Origin: Octopus sinensis
Taxonomy: Eukaryota
Length of the DNA: 64,000 bases
Direction of reading: 5' to 3'
Assembly (NCBI RefSeq): GCF_006345805.1
Contig: NC_042999.1
Coordinates: 119,660,001-119,724,000, forward strand
The position numbers were made by a program, and so were the translations under genes. The notes beneath the pieces are model-generated. The model searched no databases, was not told the origin of the DNA, and saw only the letters and a program-made list of their open reading frames with translations. Below, one piece after another: positions 22,481-36,639 of this stretch (positions are counted from its first letter, which is position 1; each line of letters starts with the position of its first letter).

Positions 22481-22977
22481 ATAGTACTAATAAAAAAAAA
22501 AGTGACCAGGACTAAATTCATTCAAATTTAGTTCACCAGATGAAGATTGTGCATATATATCAAAACGGTTAAATAAAAATATATGGAATCAATATGGGCA
22601 TGTAAAATAGCAACAAACAAAACAATGATGTATACGTTCATTCTTAATATCGACTTGGCAGACATCGGCAAATAATTTGTTTGTTGAATTCTATAAACAA
22701 GTCGACCATTTTTGTTTAGCTTCAGAGATTTGAGGGTAGCTTTAGCTGAAGAATCGCAGTCATATCTAAACACTGCTGTCTTAAAATTCGCCTATGTCAC
22801 TAAATCACGTGTGTATGTGTTGCGAGTAGATATCGTCTGAAAGGTAACGTTCTCCAGAGGTTAAATATAACAGTGATTAGCGTATTCACGTTCAAATCTG
22901 TTGTTAACCATAAATTTGCACGTCATTACAACATTGTTCTGATAGAAAATAAGCGCGCGTATGGGTATGTATATATA

Positions 22978-23189
22978 CAGGGCTGGCCAAAAGTCACGCA
23001 CCAAAATATTTGTCAATTGATTTATATTACGTCACTATTATCATCCTTCATTTTGTTCTTCATGTACAAGTATGCGTGAATTCATCATTGTTCTATTTAT
23101 TTTATTCAATTTTAGAAAAATTGATGCATGACTTTGACAATTTTGGAGCATATTAAACTTATCTTGTGCGTGAATTTTGGCTCACCCTG
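22978..23189. mobile_element. Tc1/mariner-type MITE (212 bp)
   Basis: TIRs cagggctggccaaaagtcacgcac and reverse complement cagggtgagccaaaattcacgcac (20/24); TA on the left, TG(TA) on the right. Confidence 0.7.
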
Positions 23190-23239
23190 TGTATATTTCT
23201 GTCTAGATGTACACATACATACATACATACATACATACA

Positions 23240-23275
<36 letters not shown>

Positions 23276-23530
23276 TATATATAATATATATATATATATA
23301 TAATATATATATATATATTAATAAAAAGAATTCTAACCTTGTCTGATTTTCACGTTTTATTTACAATCTTATAATGATATATTATAAGATAATATATTAT
23401 AATTGAATAAAATAAAATGAAATAGTAGAATGTTAAATGTTCATTCTGATTGAACTAGTACTTTCATGCATTGAATTCTGCAATCTTCGGGTTCATGTAG
23501 TAGCGTTGACAGTCATGCTTCACAATATAG

Positions 23531-23575
<45 letters not shown>

Positions 23576-25169
23576 CGTACGTGCATGTGTGAGCGTGTGT
23601 GTTTGTGTGTAACGAATATTACATTTTTGAAGGGTGAGAGAAGACGTTTATATTCGCAAAATAGTAGTAACGAAAATGCAGGCGTTGTCTGAACTAGGAT
23701 GCTTTATTTTACTAATGCCCTCGCTAACAGCTGTTTCTCACAATCCATACTCAACCCAGCGCGATTCCACACATCTATAGCTGTTTACACACATCTATAT
23801 CAAACCAAAGATGGATGAAGGATATGCGCGGCCATATGTATTTGTAGTTATGTGAAAAAATCAGTCTTCGGCACCTGTAAAATACGATGTTCATATAAGA
23901 TTGACTCTGTATTGTATGAAGCCTTATGGCAACAAATGAAATGCATAAACTGACGGCATAACTCCTCTACTTATCTTTTATCTTTGTTTTTTCCATTTAT
24001 TCCAAACATACCATTCCGTTTTTGATTTCATTAAAGACTGAGAGATATTTTTCCTTATTATTTTATATCTTTTTATGCGTAATTCTTTTCCACGTTTTTC
24101 ATTTCGGTCCTAATGAATCTTTAGAGAATGGAAACCCAACCACGAAATTATCAATTCACTATCACGAGCAAACATCATTAGATGAAAATCAACCAATGAG
24201 CTTGAAGCTGCGCCCGGAACATCATTACGAATGTGCTTGAGATTTGCACCCTTTTTAACTAGTTAAGCAGTTTAGCGCTTTAATCCTCACAAAGCGTTGA
24301 GGACGGTCAAAGAACTCACGCGCCTCACCTCTTGCCAGTCAGAAAGAGATGCTAGCATTCAAGTATGACAGATCTTCATTCTTACAGAACAAAATCATAA
24401 CAATTTGCGACGGATCGTATCATTTGTCTTCCACTTTTCAGCTAGCAAATGGCCAAACAAATCCAGTTAAGTTAATTCCTACATACTATTCTTGTAGCGA
24501 GTGAGGATTTGATAATTTATATTTGTGTACGTGCATAACCTCTTAATAAAATTTGTTGTTAAATGTTCGCTTGTTTGCTTTTGTTGTAATATATACAACC
24601 ATTCTGATCTAACATTTAATTAATAAAACTACAGCATCAATCTTTTCTCACGACAACTCGACCCTGCAAAAATGGTGACTCAATGAAGAAAAGCCTACAA
24701 CGACCAACTTGGCGATAATGGTCCCCAGCAAAAACAAAAATACAAGCTCATGACAAACCTATACGAATAGATGTAAGTGGGTAAGAGCGTTATTTTGTAA
24801 TTATATAGGCTACATATATTATTGTGTTTAACTTGCTGATGTTTCGGTAACTTACCGTTTTGTTTAGTTTATCTACGGAAGAGAATCTTTTTGGTTTTAC
24901 ACACCAGATCCATTTGTTTCTTTTAAAATTTCTACACAGTCATAATTTTCCATGCTAATTACGAAAACCATAGCCAAGTTTTGGGAGAAATTAATAATAA
25001 AGGAGTTATACGCATTAAAAAATTGACTTTATTTATTCATTTTATTTTATTCATCTATCTATTTATGTTTTTAATTTCAATTAATCAGATGTGGTCGTTT
25101 CCGACACGCCAGAAGGTAGAATTGCTATGTATTCCCATGACAACATATTGAAACAACTTGAGCAAATAT

Positions 25170-25381
25170 TGGCTTCAAATTTTAGTACAAGGCCAGCAGT
25201 TTTGGAGGTGGAATCGAATGCGTCAACTCCAGTGCTCATCTGGTACTTATTTTTTCGACACCGAAAGGATGAAAGGCAAAACCGACCCCGTCAAAATTCG
25301 AACTCAGAACATAAAGACGTGCAAAATGCTGCAAAGCATTTAGCTGTGTATACTAGCGATTCTACCAGCTTGCCGTCTTAA
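25170..25381 (-). mobile_element. SINE family B copy, minus strand
   Basis: tggtacttatttt..cgacaccgaaaggatgaaaggc...aattcgaactcagaac...ctagcgattctaccagcttgccgtctta is the reverse complement of family B. Another degraded minus copy lies at about 54560-54670. Confidence 0.7.
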
Positions 25382-25409
25382 CATGAGCAAATATTTAAAT
25401 GAAACAAAT

Positions 25410-26842
25410 ATAGACAAGAGCACTCAGAAAGACCAAACTTCCACCAAGGCAACATAATCCTCTCAACGATTAGCCGGAGATGATTTTTAAAATGAGAATA
25501 TCTGAAAGAAACTTGACTGCTCTCATAAACGAGAATACTAAAAATGAATCTGACCACTCACAAAATTAAGTAAAACAACCGGAAGAATAATCTAGAATCC
25601 TTGTCCGGTACCTGATCGACCTCAATAGTAGTCATGGAATGTGAAGGTGGATGTGCAGGCCGTGTTTGTAATGCTGTGTGTGTCGTCTGCAGTGAGAAAA
25701 GAGACAATTTTCTCTATGAAGGCCTTTTTTAGTCTATCCACTGATATAGTGTCTTTACGATCATTAAGGTGTACAGTGAAAAATTTATCCGTGCGTGAAG
25801 ACAACGGAAAAAACCTGCATACGGTTTAACAACATCGCTGCACACCAAAACGTGAGTCCAAGAAGTAAAGCTTCCTTGAAGGCAGAGCTAGAAATGCAAT
25901 TGTCAATTAGGTAAGAGGTTTAAAACAGGAGCGATATATTCAAAATTAGTAAAACTAAAAGTTGTCGAGGATAAATTAAATTTATTATTGTTGCTGAATA
26001 TGTTAATGTTATTTAATTTCTGAACGGTTTTGCTGCCATTTGTTTATGTAGTTTGATTTCTTTATCCATCAGTTTCTACTAAAATAGAAATGCGAGTAAA
26101 ATCTCCTAATATAATAATGAGCGTAGCCTTCAAAATCACAGAGTAGGAGTAGGACGGAGTAGGAGAAAGAGTAATATAATTGAAGGGAGAGGAGAGAAAG
26201 TAGTAATTCAGTGAAGGAAAAGCAGTGAGAGTAATAGCCGTGACTGAGAGAGGGTGAGAGAAAGTAATAGCAATGGAGAAAGCAAGAGGTGATCGAGGAA
26301 TAAGGAAGGAATGGGTAAAAAAATTTAGCGTTTCAACTCTGTGTGAGTATATGTGTGTGTATGTAAAAAGGAAGTTATGTGAATGCTTGTGTGTTTTTGC
26401 GTGTGTGTGTATGTGTGTGCATGTAAAGGGAAGTATGTGAATGTGAATGTTTGCATCTGTGATTATTATGTACCTTATTTTATACCTTATTTATTTATAA
26501 AATCTACAGTTGGTCTTCATGTCTGACGGCACTGGGTCAGCTAATTAATAATAAAACTTTGGAAGTAGCAACGCTGCCATAACTTAATTAGAAACCATGA
26601 GCGTACCGTCAAGGGAGATAATCAGAGAAAGACTTGAAAGTCAGGGTAAGATCATAATACTTCATGCAAAATAAAGTAAATTTAATAAATAATTCAGAAT
26701 TCTTGTCCGGTACTGGTCGATCCCAAAATCTAATCAGTTCGTGCCAGTCCATCCAGCGGTTCTTGAGACATCTTGTCCACGGAAAAAAAAAGAAAGCACG
26801 AATGAAAACAATACCTCTGCCTTCACTTGGGCGGAGGTAATT
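25410..26842 (+). mobile_element. Non-autonomous element with 3' stem-loop (Helentron/DINE-1-like, inferred), present as two parts 25410-25620 and 26690-26842
   Basis: The segment agaat(c/t)cttgtccggtac occurs at the end of the first part and the start of the second. Terminal hairpin tacctctgcc-ttcacttg-ggcggaggta at 26812-26839; related 5' motif acttccaccaaggc at about 25437. Confidence 0.4.
25622..25830 (-). mobile_element. Gypsy-type LTR retrotransposon pol C-terminal fragment
   Basis: ORF 25622-25804 SRTDKFFTVHLNDRKDTISVDRLKKAF matches the post-integrase (R.DK.F.....K.D.VS.DRLK..F) motif of Gypsy pol. Confidence 0.65.
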
Positions 26843-27644
26843 AGTTTAGAACACCAAGAAAGCGATCGAGTGGAGAATTTGAAAAAAATTGAAAACGGAG
26901 GAGATTAAAGTGAGTTATTTCCCCACAGAAAAATGTAATACCGTGTATCAGAGTTTGTCAGCGAAAATACTAAGGGGAGATTTCTGTTGCTGGTGGAAGT
27001 GCCAAATGGCACTACAATTACAATGGGTTGCAATTTGTGATTGCACGGAAAGACTTGAGGCTAGCACAGTTTTTCGAACAATCATAATTGTGTTATTGCT
27101 GAGTGACACAAGACTACAACTTACGGCATAGAACGTGTTGCTTTGTTTCGTTTTCATCATTAAATATTTTTCATTATTGAAAAAGATTGCTAACATTTTT
27201 ATTATTGAATTCTTACAATTAATGAATAATCAATAACAAAAGGAAAGAAAAAAAACAACACGTGGTATCTTGTTTCCAAAAACACACGGTAGGGTGACGT
27301 AATAATTCCGACTTCTGCAGCGTCAGAAATGACCACATCTAATTGGCTGAAAATAAAAAAAAAGAAGAAAAAAATACTATTCAAAATTTCATAACTTCTT
27401 TATTTGTAATTTCTCCAGGACATGGTTATGATTTTTGTAATTAGCATGAAAAATTGCATGAGAAGAAATTTTGGAACTAATCAGATTTTGTGTGCAAAAC
27501 AAGAAGAATACACGGTAGGTGCTTTCATTGGACCATAAAAAGATTTCATGTTTCAATTCTTTAATTGGTTTCTCCTTCAGAATTGTCATTCATTCGTTCG
27601 TTCGTTCATTCGTTCTTCTTCTTCTTCTTCTTCTTCTTCTTCTT

Positions 27645-27711
<67 letters not shown>

Positions 27712-27716
27712 TTATT

Positions 27717-27941
27717 AAGGCGGCGAGTTGGTAGAGTCGTTAGAACGCTGGACAAAATGCTTAGCAGTATTTCGCCCGTCACTACGTTCTGAGTTCAAAT
27801 TCCCCTAGGTCGACTTTGCTTTTCATCCTTTTGGGAATCAATAAATTAAGTACCAGTGAAACACTGGGGTTGATGTAATCGATTAGTCTCTTCCCTCCCA
27901 ATTGCTGGCCTTCTGGAAAAATTTGAAACCATAGTTGTTGA

Positions 27942-27976
<35 letters not shown>

Positions 27977-28160
27977 GTTATCACGCCAGGAAGATTGCTT
28001 AGTGGTATTTCGTAAGTCTCTACGTTCCGTGTTCACATTCTGCCGACGTTGACTTTGCCTTTCATCCTTTCGGGGTCGATAAAATAAGACTCGTTGATTA
28101 CTTGGGTCGATGTAATCGACTATCCCCCTCCCCCAAATTTCAGGCCTTATTGTAGAAAGT
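27717..28160 (+). mobile_element. Two tandem SINE family B copies (27717-27930, 27985-28160) in (CTT)n/(ATT)n arrays
   Basis: aaggcggcgagttggtagagtcgttag...gagttcaaattccc; second copy ttcatcctttcggggtcgataaaataag. Confidence 0.8.
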
Positions 28161-28191
28161 ATTATTATTATTATTTGAAACCATCATCATT

Positions 28192-28226
<35 letters not shown>

Positions 28227-28239
28227 TATTATTATTATT

Positions 28240-29760
28240 TGCTGCAGAGAACATCGGACGTGTTTTCAAACGGTCAAAGTAAGTCCTGTTTAAAACATTT
28301 TGTTTACACCCGTTTGGTGCCGCTTTTTCTGTTTCAATTTTATTCCAAGTTGTGAATAGAAACACCGAAAAACTGCCTCCGGGTTTCTGTCTTTGTCTGG
28401 CTCCTCGCGGGGCTATATTTGCCCCCCAAAATAAGTTCCTCGGCCGTTTAATCATATAAAATTCAACTAGATGGCGGCGCCCATCTTGAAAGAATTAAAA
28501 AAGAAAACTGCCCCTCCTTCAGGTCTAATATCTGCTGAAGATTTCCTTCTCCTTCCCTCTTTTACTGACAGCAACACAAGAGAAGGGATGAAAAAAATAC
28601 AGGGGCGAAAAGTACAAAGTCCACCTCCCAGCAGCAACAGTGAAGGCAGTAGCAGTAGTAGTAACATCGACAATCGCTGTGGCAGCAGCGGCAGGAGTGA
28701 TTGCAGTAGCAGCAATGGTAGTAGTGGTAGCGCAACAATACGGGCAATAGCAGCAGCAGCAGCAGCAATGGCAATGACAGTAGTAGCAGAGGGCAGTTTC
28801 GTTAACAATGTTACGGATTTTAGCGGGGAAAATTGAACGAGTGGAAGGAAATAGCGGTAACAATAGTGGTGAGAGTAGTAACAGTGGAAGTGACCACAAA
28901 TCCACCACCAGCATAGCCAACAGTAGCAGCGATGATGACAACAATAGCAACAACGATGACAACAACAAAACCAAAAGGCTTGCCGACGTGACAAACACAA
29001 GGAGGGAGATATTTTCCATCGCACTAGATGGGAAAGCACGTGAACTTTCATTAGCGAAAGACATTAGGTTTGAGCGATGTAAAGCAGCAATGCTTGTACC
29101 TCCCGAAATAATAGAGGCAAAAGAAAAGAAGACGGTCTATTGTAGATGCGTATCACGCCAAAGTAGGGGAGCAGAAATCTCTTCCATCAGACACTTTGAG
29201 AAAGCCCTAAAACATTTTAATAGATGTGGTCCATATACAGAGAGGGATGCAGTTTAAAAGTGAGGACTTAGCGCGAAGACATGCAGTATTACCTCGGTGG
29301 ACTGAGGAATGGGTCCACTACCTCTCAAAGAGAACGACTATGGTTAGGGTAACGGGCGTGCCGCCGGCGTAAACGTCTGTTGGATTGTTGCCTGTGTTGT
29401 ACAGGGCCCAGACTCACTCCTGGAGGTAAAAAGGAGCAAAGGGAAAACTAATTCGGAATAAATATGGAAATATTAATCCATGTCAAATAAGATAACATCG
29501 AAAAGATCCTGGGCCTGATCCAGCTGCCCACCAGAGTGGACTGTGTATCTTTGAGGAAGGCAGGAAGCCCAGATGTGATATCTGTGGGGCCACAAACCAG
29601 AGAGTGTTCTATCTCCAAAAGTTGGGAGGTAAGCGGCTACACATGCAGCCTGCATCGCATCCCGAAAAACAGCGATAATAACGACAGAGAGCTTTTTAAA
29701 AAACTGTAGACCCATCTCCAACAACAACAACAGAGCCATGTGAACCCCATACAATGGCAA
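28240..29760 (+). mobile_element. 5' UTR and frameshifted ORF1 (gag-like) of a Tx1/L1-like LINE
   Basis: ORFs 28471-28836 and 28808-29257 overlap by a frameshift. Continues as KRTTMVRVTGVPP and, at 29556-29610, EGRKPRCDICGATN (degenerate zinc knuckle). CpG-richer than flanks. Confidence 0.5.
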
Positions 29761-29769
29761 TAACTATCT

Positions 29770-30248
29770 AGGGTGTCTCTCAAACCAGCCCCCTCACCCC
29801 TCTCTCAAGAGTACTCAAGGCACATGCACCACAACCATATATGCGTGATATGATAATCTCGTATCGCGATAACAGCACATGGCCTTGCATAGAAATTTCT
29901 TCAGCTCGAATAGCTCATTCTGCTCAAAATGTCCCTGAATAAGATTGTTTAAGGATGATGAACGAAATAGCAATGTTTCCTGAAATAATTTATTGGAACC
30001 CTAAAGAATTCCTATCAACACATGGTTACTCCTGCACATGATCAGGGATGCACATATCGTCAGCCATTAAGAGAGATGCTCAGCTGGTTAAGACCAGGCA
30101 ACTGACAGGCAAATCTCTTGTATGGACCAGGAAAATTTTCTGTAACCCATTCTTTACACCAAGACAAAATATATACATGTTAACACTTCGAATCAGTTAA
30201 GATCAGAAACCATGAAAGCCTCTGCCTGGTACTGCATCAGGGCATTTA
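29770..30248 (-). mobile_element. Unclassified ~540-bp element, copy 4
   Basis: ggcacatgcaccacaaccatat...gttaagatcagaaaccatgaaagcctctgcctggtactgcatcagggcattt, then (CAT)n. Confidence 0.75.
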
Positions 30249-30294
30249 TCATCATCATCATCATAATCATCGTCGTCGTCGTCGAAATCATCAT

Positions 30295-30500
30295 AAGGTT
30301 GTGAGTTAGCAGGATCGTCGGTGCATTGGAGGAAATGCTTAATGATATTTTTTCTAGAACTTTGTGTTCTGAGTTCAAATCCCACCGAGGCCAACTCTGT
30401 ATTTTATCCTTTCACTATCGGTGAAATAAGGCAATATTTACGCCCTGAGGTCAATACAATCAACTCACCCATACCCTGAAAATTGTTAAACTTGCGCTAA
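30295..30500 (+). mobile_element. SINE family B copy
   Basis: gtgagttagcaggatcgtcgg...ctgagttcaaatcccaccgagg. Confidence 0.65.
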
Positions 30501-31549
30501 AATTAGAAAGAAATTATATTTTTGTTGTTGTTTTCGTGGTGATTGATATTTGCTCTAATAACCACAAAAATTTATATTCCTGTTTCACACCTCTGTTTTC
30601 TTTTCTCTTTTTTTTTGGGGGGGGGGGGCTTTAAATGGGATCCATTTATTGGACTTTTTCCTATTAATTTTGTTTTCCTTTGGGCAAAACTCAGCACGGT
30701 TGCATCATCAATGGAACTGTTTTTATAAAAAATCGAAAATTTTCTTTAATACACTTGCGGACAAGATGTGCTATCATAATTCTTGCAGTAAAAGGTGGTG
30801 AAAGAGGATGCCAGGTGGACAGAAAAAGAACTAGGAGGAAAGAAAAGTATTCCTAAACCTTAAGCTTATACTGCTACATAGATACCACCATATGGAGATT
30901 AAAAGAATAATATTAACCGCTACAGTAATGGAAGAAACATCAGAACAACATTAGCTACAACAACGACAGCAACAACAAGTATAGAATTAACAAGGTCAAG
31001 AACAACAACCACAACGAGAGAGAAACAAAAATAAAACAGTACTGTAGTCTGCGTGGTATGTGTATTGGTATGTGTAAATTTATTGCTATGTGTAAAAAAG
31101 CATTGCTATGTCTAAATATTATGAACATTTTGAAAATAACTTTGAGCAGTGCAGGTGAGAGGTTAGGTAAAATATTTGTGGTTATGTCAATGAATGAAAT
31201 CAGAGAGAACAGATATTGCAATATTGTAAAACCTAACATAGGTTGTTTAATGATTTTATAGCATTTCGGAAAATGTGGCTTGCATCTAAAGGGAAACAGC
31301 ATGGGACTGAAGCAGCCACTTGTGGTAGTGAGCAAAAAACTAGAACAATGTCTACAAGTACGTTTCAAGTTGCAGTTATGATCGTACTGAATTTGAAAGG
31401 TTCAGTAATCAATACCACGGACACTAACGTGCCGCTCAACACGAACCAGGCCAGGCCAGGGAATAGAAAAATAAGGGAAAAGAGCAGAGCTGAAGACTAC
31501 CTCCAATAGGACCGAAAAGGAATATGCTGGATGTATTAAGGGATATTTA

Positions 31550-31960
31550 TAGCATTCGCGATTATTTTTATGTCGAAATGTGTGATGGTCGTCAAGAATA
31601 GAAAATATAAAATATACGTTTGTAGCGAATGAGACGACGGGAATGTCCGGTTCTAATTGATCGTCAGGAAAGGCGATATGTTTTCTGTCAGGAGCTGGGC
31701 AATCAGGCATTTTTCTCAAACGTCTAAAGGTATTCGAAAGAAATTCTAGTTCATTAATGCTACAGGCCAAATGGAATGGCAACTTGGACTTATTCAAGGA
31801 TTATGCTGGAGGAAACGAGAGTGGGATGCAAAAGCCTCACATATCTGATCTGGTAGTTACATCTGAATTTTTGCCTATAACACTAATGCGGACATAAACT
31901 GTAGCAGGATGTTTGGTTTGGACATTTGTCTGCAGTTTCGAGTTGTAGGTGACACATTTA
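31550..31960 (+). mobile_element. Possible highly degraded retroviral-type integrase core
   Basis: Scattered across frames: GIRKKF, (P)NGMA, FAYNT...MFG, in the order expected for rve integrases; many stops. Confidence 0.3.
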
Positions 31961-32769
31961 TGATCTGTACAACTGAACTACACAAGACCAACTGACTTGT
32001 GCTCAGTAGCTGGAATTTGAATGCGTCTTTCCTGTTATGGAAAAAATTCAGGAACTGCATCAGATAACTAATTAAGAAGGAATTGAGAGATGGTAGGTTT
32101 CATTAAAGAGAAAAATTAAAGGGGCATTTGTTAGCTTCAGCCTAGAATTAGGCACAAAAAATGTTAGAGGAGAGTAACTCGTAAATACATTAGAAGTGAT
32201 TCATAAAACAAGCATAGTAAATGACAATGTGGCCTTTAGTTATTTCTTCGACATGAAATACGAAGAAAGTGTTGTTCATGATAGAGTGTTTGCACTAAAA
32301 TGAGAATATGAAAACTGTTGACCCTGTTTAGTAGAGATGCAGCACGGAAACAAAGCCACATTTTGATTTCAATATCAGCTTATCCAATAGTTTGGAAAAT
32401 AAAAACATTCCAGATAAATATGCTTCACAAAGGAGATCTAACAAAATCGGAACATATCCGCTGCCGTAAAGAAAAAATCAATTGGTAACTCTATAGCTTT
32501 TATGTTCGAAAAATTTAAATTAGCTGATATTGTTAGGGTTGGTACACTTGTGGCTTCTTTTAGATTTTTAATACCTAAGATGAACTTTGGTCATCAAATT
32601 CCATGCATAATCTCAATTTATTGATGCTTTTCAAGTCTCAATATTACATGTATGAGGTTCTACCACACAAACACAAAACTCACACACATGTATATGTATG
32701 TATGTATATATATATGTGTGTGTGCGTGTATATATATATATATATATATATATGCATACTTGCATGTAA

Positions 32770-32773
32770 ATAT

Positions 32774-32836
<63 letters not shown>

Positions 32837-32932
32837 CATGTTTACATATATGAACATATATATGTATAAAAATGCATATATCTGTATCTATATGTTTATA
32901 TATATATATCTATATCTATATATAGATACGTA

Positions 32933-33006
<74 letters not shown>

Positions 33007-34168
33007 GCATACATACATACCATATATACATATATATGTATGCATATATATATATATATTTATACATGTATGTATTAACATACACACTCATGTGTGTGTG
33101 TATGTGCGTGCGTGTGTGCGTGCGTGTGTACGTGCGTGTGTGTGTTTGTGTTTGTGTTTATGTGTGTATTTATGTATAGCAGTATAAGTAACCTTATAGT
33201 TACTTAGTTCTAGAGCTAAGGTGCTTGCAAATCAAAAGTTGTACTCAACGTGTCTGAAGGCAGAATGTGTGATTTTATATTTCAAAGTTTACCCAGAACT
33301 TTCATGTAGGAAATAACAAAGCTGTTTGCTAGATGAAACATCTTGCATGATGTAACTAAACTTTGAAATGTATGTGCCTGCGTGCGCGCGCCTGTGTTTG
33401 TGTGTGTGCGTGCGCGCGTGCGTATGCATTTGTCTGTGTGTGTATATATAACTGTATACACACGCACACGCACAAACAGATACATGTGCAAACATGTATA
33501 CATATATTCCTTTTCTCACGATTTAAATTTCATGTCATTGCAATCTTTTGGCGAGAACTGTTCTATTTTCTTTTTGTAACCAATTTACATACACCGGAGT
33601 AAATGTTTCTGAAACTAATAGCGTGTTTTTTTTTATTGTTTCTTGCGTGAACGCTGAATGTGGTTATCGCTTTTGTTGGTGTTTCCGGTGATATTTTTCT
33701 TATTTCGTTTCCTTTGTGGTTATCTCATTTTATTGGTTGATTTTTCTGTTTTATTTGATTTTAACTACAGTTGTCAGCATATCATATGCTAATTCATTAT
33801 TGTACTGAATTTCCGTTGGTCGGCTTTACAGAATTGTATCTACGTGTCGTTTTGTTCTTTTAGATTTTTCGAATTCTTAGATTTGGTTCAGTTTCTGATA
33901 TTTTGCATTACTCATCTCGTTATGTCTGTGTTATATCTTGTTTATATAGAATAAATACATCTGTATATTTGCACGAATGCATGTCAATGAATGAATGCAG
34001 ATTTTTTATGCATTCTCACTGAATAATGTCTCAAAAACACGCCCACAATTATGCTTGCTTGCGCGTGCACTACTGTGTGCATATAAGGTGCTCTTGTATA
34101 TATACATACATGTGTGTGTGGGTGGGTGGGGGATTACACACACACACACAACACACACACACACACAC

Positions 34169-34206
<38 letters not shown>

Positions 34207-34328
34207 CATGTTTACATATATGAACATATATATGTATAAAAATGCATATATCTGTATCTATATGTTTATATATATATATCTATATCTATATATAGATACG
34301 TACCATATATATATATATAATATATATA

Positions 34329-34370
<42 letters not shown>

Positions 34371-35524
34371 GCATACATACATACCATATATACATATATA
34401 TGTATGCATATATATATATATATTTATACATGTATGTATTAACATACACACTCATGTGTGTGTGTATGTGCGTGCGTGTGTGCGTGCGTGTGTACGTGCG
34501 TGTGTGTGTTTGTGTTTGTGTTTATGTGTGTATTTATGTATAGCAGTATAAGTAACCTTATAGTTACTTAGTTCTAGAGCTAAGGTGCTTGCAAATCAAA
34601 AGTTGTACTCAACGTGTCTGAAGGCAGAATGTGTGATTTTATATTTCAAAGTTTACCCAGAACTTTCATGTAGGAAATAACAAAGCTGTTTGCTAGATGA
34701 AACATCTTGCATGATGTAACTAAACTTTGAAATGTATGTGCCTGCGTGCGCGCGCCTGTGTTTGTGTGTGTGCGTGCGCGCGTGCGTATGCATTTGTCTG
34801 TGTGTGTATATATAACTGTATACACACGCACACGCACAAACAGATACATGTGCAAACATGTATACATATATTCCTTTTCTCACGATTTAAATTTCATGTC
34901 ATTGCAATCTTTTGGCGAGAACTGTTCTATTTTCTTTTTGTAACCAATTTACATACACCGGAGTAAATGTTTCTGAAACTAATAGCGTGGTTTTTTTTTA
35001 TTGTTTCTTGCGTGAACGCTGAATGTGGTTATCGCTTTTGTTGGTGTTTCCGGTGATATTTTTCTTATTTCGTTTCCTTTGTGGTTATCTCATTTTATTG
35101 GTTGATTTTTCTGTTTTATTTGATTTTAACTACAGTTGTCAGCATATCATATGCTAATTCATTATTTGTACTGAATTTCCGTTGGTCGGCTTTACAGAAT
35201 TGTATCTACGTGTCGTTTTGTTCTTTTAGATTTTTCGAATTCTTAGATTTGGTTCAGTTTCTGATATTTTGCATTACTCATCTCGTTATGTCTGTGTTAT
35301 ATCTTGTTTATATAGAATAAATACATCTGTATATTTGCACGAATGCATGTCAATGAATGAATGCAGATTTTTTATGCATTCTCACTGAATAATGTCTCAA
35401 AAACACGCCCACAATTATGCTTGCTTGCGCGTGCACTACTGTGTGCATATAAGGTGCTCTTGTATATATACATACATGTGTGTGTGGGTGGGTGGGGGAT
35501 TACACACACACACACACACACACA
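32770..35524. repeat. Tandem duplication of a ~1.37-kb unit
   Basis: Identical ORF translations offset by 1364 bp (33282/34646, 33363/34727). Units are delimited by (CA)n tracts at 32770-32817, 34136-34186 and 35503-35524. Confidence 0.95.
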
Positions 35525-36208
35525 AATAAAAACAAACTAAAAGAATCTAACTTGCAGATATTGGCATTGACATTTTAACAATGACAGTGTACAAAATCCT
35601 CGAATCATGTCAGGAAATCACCGAACTGTAACGAAACAGGAAACAAACTAAGCAAAACAATACGGAAAACATCTAGACAGAACAAATTGTACGAGAACTG
35701 AGATCGAATAAACAGGATATCTTAAATAAAACATGCACTAAACCAAATCTGAGCATGGACAAAAGCAAACCCGACAGTTGAAAACACCGTATAAACAACG
35801 ATTTTTGTGCAAAACACTATGAAAAGACATAGTTAATGTCCTTAATTCAAAATAATAAACATTAAGAACCAACTAACAAAAACAATAATCGACTCCACAG
35901 CAACAAAAATAATGGAAAGAAGCACAACATAAAATCAATATAACAAAAACTATGGTAACGTTAAACTCCCACGCCCATGTATTTAAAACATGAGCACGAA
36001 CAGAAAGTGAAACAGAAAGTGAAACAGATCTTGCCCGAAGGTCCTTGTAGTGTGAAAGTCGTGTCGTGAAACAAAGAATTCAAGTTTCAATACATAATAC
36101 ACTGTACAACCTGTATTGTTACTCTCTTTCTTTTTGGTTGACAAATTAGAACTTACGATATCTAAAATAAAATAAGATAATATAATATAGTATAATGTCT
36201 TTCCTTCT

Positions 36209-36282
<74 letters not shown>

Positions 36283-36413
36283 TTGTATGTATGCATGTGT
36301 ACGTATGCATGTGTACGTATATATATATTATATATATATACGTATACATATCTATGTCTATATATATATGCATATATATATATATGTATGTGTTTGTATG
36401 TATGCATGTGTAC

Positions 36414-36447
<34 letters not shown>

Positions 36448-36485
36448 GTATATATATGTATATACATACATATCTATGTCTATAT

Positions 36486-36535
<50 letters not shown>

Positions 36536-36639
36536 TATATATATATATATATATAAATATTATATGTATATATATATACATACATGCACACACATTTATA
36601 CATGTATATACGTATATATATATTGTTTTAATCTTTTAT

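Noticed and set aside
24540-24700. Possible LTR end plus primer-binding site (aataaa ... tggtgac)
   Set aside because: No second LTR or gag ORF; orientation conflicts with the nearby Gypsy fragment; a 7-mer match is expected by chance.
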